A program made the translations under genes and the position numbers. This document shows, one piece after another, positions 61,944 to 64,000 of a DNA stretch of 64,000 nucleotides. This DNA comes from the human T2T-CHM13v2.0 reference genome, Homo sapiens, in NCBI RefSeq assembly GCF_009914755.1, contig NC_060930.1. One strand, given 5' to 3'. Each line of letters begins with the position of its first letter. Within the stretch, counting starts at the first letter, position 1. The notes under the pieces are model-generated. The model was not told where the DNA came from and searched no databases. It worked only from the letters and a program-made list of their open reading frames with translations.

Positions 61944-63489
61944 TTAGCCAAGTGTGGTGATGCCTGCCTGTTGTCTCAACTACTCAGGAGGCTGAGACAG
62001 GAGGGTTGTTTGAGCCCAGGAGTTTGAGGGTACAGTGAGCTGTGATGGTGCCTCTGCATTCCAGCCTGGGCAACAGAGTGAGACCCTGTCTCAAAAAAGA
62101 GAGAGTGTTGAGACTTACATATAAGAGAATTGAGAATTGAGTAGCTTGTCTGAGGTCCAATAGCCAGTGGAGAGCCTGGATTCAACCCAGGCAATCTTAA
62201 GAAAGAAATTCACAGCATTTGTCCATTCACTTCCATTTAGCCCCAATACAATGCTATAAAATCACAGAAGTGGTTGAAGGTAAAGTAAGGTAGACTGTCT
62301 TAAAATCCAATGTACTGGGTCTATGGATTACTGACTAAGCATATAATTTACCTACTACGTAAGTTCATGAAATTGATGTAAAGACTATTATTCGATACTA
62401 AAAGTCCACTCCTCTTGCACAACAAATTTCAGAAATGACTTATCAGCAGGCCAAGAATGTTCTCAGACCACAAAACTAAGTCCCTGTATCCCCCTCCAAG
62501 GATATGCATGTCTCTATGGATGAAGCCATGTTGCCAATCCAGGCCTTCTTCACAACAGGATAACTCTCAATTTCCTGGATTTTGTGACTGATGGGGAAAG
62601 GAAGACATAAGTCAGCTGTGATATGCTCAAGATATTCTGCACCTGCGATTAAATAATGGTCATGCGTGTAAGAGCTATATTCCATTCATAGCAGAATACC
62701 AGGGAGGCACAGTTTTCCATGTGAAACCACATTCTCCCATGACTTCAGATGAAAGCCAAGGGCAGCCAAAGGATCATGTATGGTTTCACTGCCCAACCAA
62801 AAGGAAATTCTACAGTAACCACCACATTTCATTTTGCTGATTAGAATAAACCCCAAACAGTTTCATTAAAATTAAGGCCTATAATTGCATGGGGAAAATG
62901 GCCAGATTGCAATATGGGCTATTCTGTCTGCCCAGACATACGCAGTGATAATTGACATAGGCCACCACCTAATCACCAGAGTCAACCAGATCATGAAATC
63001 ACTGAAAGAGACAATGACCAGTTCAGAGCTGAGTTCAGAAAGATCAAAATTCAGGGGCCTGCTCCTACAAAAACAAAGTAATTGCTAAGCAAATACCACA
63101 GAAACTCAGTCAGGGCCTGGGGAACCATGGAAGGCTACACAGCTAAATTTTTTTGTTTAGGAGGTTTGAATTGTCTTTTTTTTTTTGAGATGGGGTCTTG
63201 CTCTGTCACCCAGGCTGGAGTGCGGTGGCACTATCTTGGCTCACTGCAACCTCTGCCTCCTGGGTTCAAAGGATCCTCCTGAACCTCCGCCTCCAAGTAG
63301 CTGGGATTACAGATGCCTGCCACCACACCCAGCTAATTTTTGCATTTTTAGTAGGGACAGGGTTTCACCATGTTGGCCAGGATGGTCTTGAACTCCTGAC
63401 CTCAAGTAATCTGCCCACCTCAGCCTCCCAAGGTGCTGGGATTACAGGTGCAAGTCACCATGCCCAGCCTGAACTGCATTTCTAAACCT

Positions 63490-63945
63490 TTGTGCTGGGC
63501 ATCCCTTTCATCCTTCTAGATCACCCTTCTCTACACAAAAGGCTGATCTGTAAGGATGACATCAAACAGCTCTCTTGTCCCTGGCTTCTGATTGGGTTTG
63601 GCAAATAGGGAGCTCCAGCAGGTGATAGAGGGAGAGAGGACAGTCAGCTCAGGGTGTTGGTTCTACTTAGTCATTGTGAGCTGGCTGAGCCTCTCAACTG
63701 GGGTCCATGGCTCTTGTCAGGCAGTCCTCCCTCTAGAGCCATCTAGCTCTCTCCAGGCTCCAGTGTCTTTCTCTTTCCTCACTCTGTCCACCCTCAGAAT
63801 GGTAACTCTGCCCACCGCTATCTACCCTGGCACACCGCGCTCTCCATAGGGCTTCCAACACCCTGTCCTGCCCCAACTTCATAAACTCTCCTCAAATGAC
63901 CCAGTTGGAATACGCCTTTCATTTCCTGTAAGAGCCCTAACATGA
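63490..63945 (+). mobile_element. LTR33-like ERVL LTR
   Basis: ctggcttctgattgggtttggcaaataggg...taaactctcctcaaatgacccagttgg...tttcctg. Confidence 0.55.
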
Positions 63946-64000
63946 CTTCTGAGCAGATGCGAACAGATATATGGAAATCCAGAGACCCCTGGACTGAGGG

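Noticed and set aside
62476-62685. Minus-strand ORF (GAEYLEHITADLCLPF...EGDTGT) with a possible acceptor at 62642 and donor near 62352
   Set aside because: The polypyrimidine tract is weak, there is no nearby poly(A) signal, and I recognise no protein. It cannot be supported without BLAST or RNA data, though a non-coding exon is not excluded.

Overview
Primate (human-like) non-coding genomic DNA, intergenic or deep intronic. I can support no protein-coding exon: nearly all listed ORFs are Alu, LTR or simple-repeat translations. About 75-80 Alu copies or fragments (roughly 30% of the window by hand count) are nested with other repeats. These include ERV1 solo LTRs (LTR8, MER39-like, MER41, MER34, MER57A, LTR2/HERV-E, MER57B, MER50), MaLR/ERVL LTRs, old L1M 3' ends, and Tigger, Charlie and MADE1 DNA transposons. 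The only gene-derived item is a 34-nt 3'-truncated U2 snRNA pseudogene with a perfect 14-bp target-site duplication (TSD) at 60675-60708. I found no new gene system. The most unusual signal is a set of short insertions copied from sequence 0.5-2.4 kb away (at about 16.6, 21.9, 26.4 and 41.9 kb), several with fold-back segments, which resemble polymerase-theta/MMBIR repair scars. Also notable are an intact CpG-rich LTR2 carrying a HIF-type motif, a MER41 LTR retaining one GAS motif, a perfect 49-bp tandem duplication and a 32-bp AT-rich palindrome. Repeat family names come from recalled consensus sequences, not a database search. Subfamily labels are approximate and most boundaries are good to about +/-10 bp.
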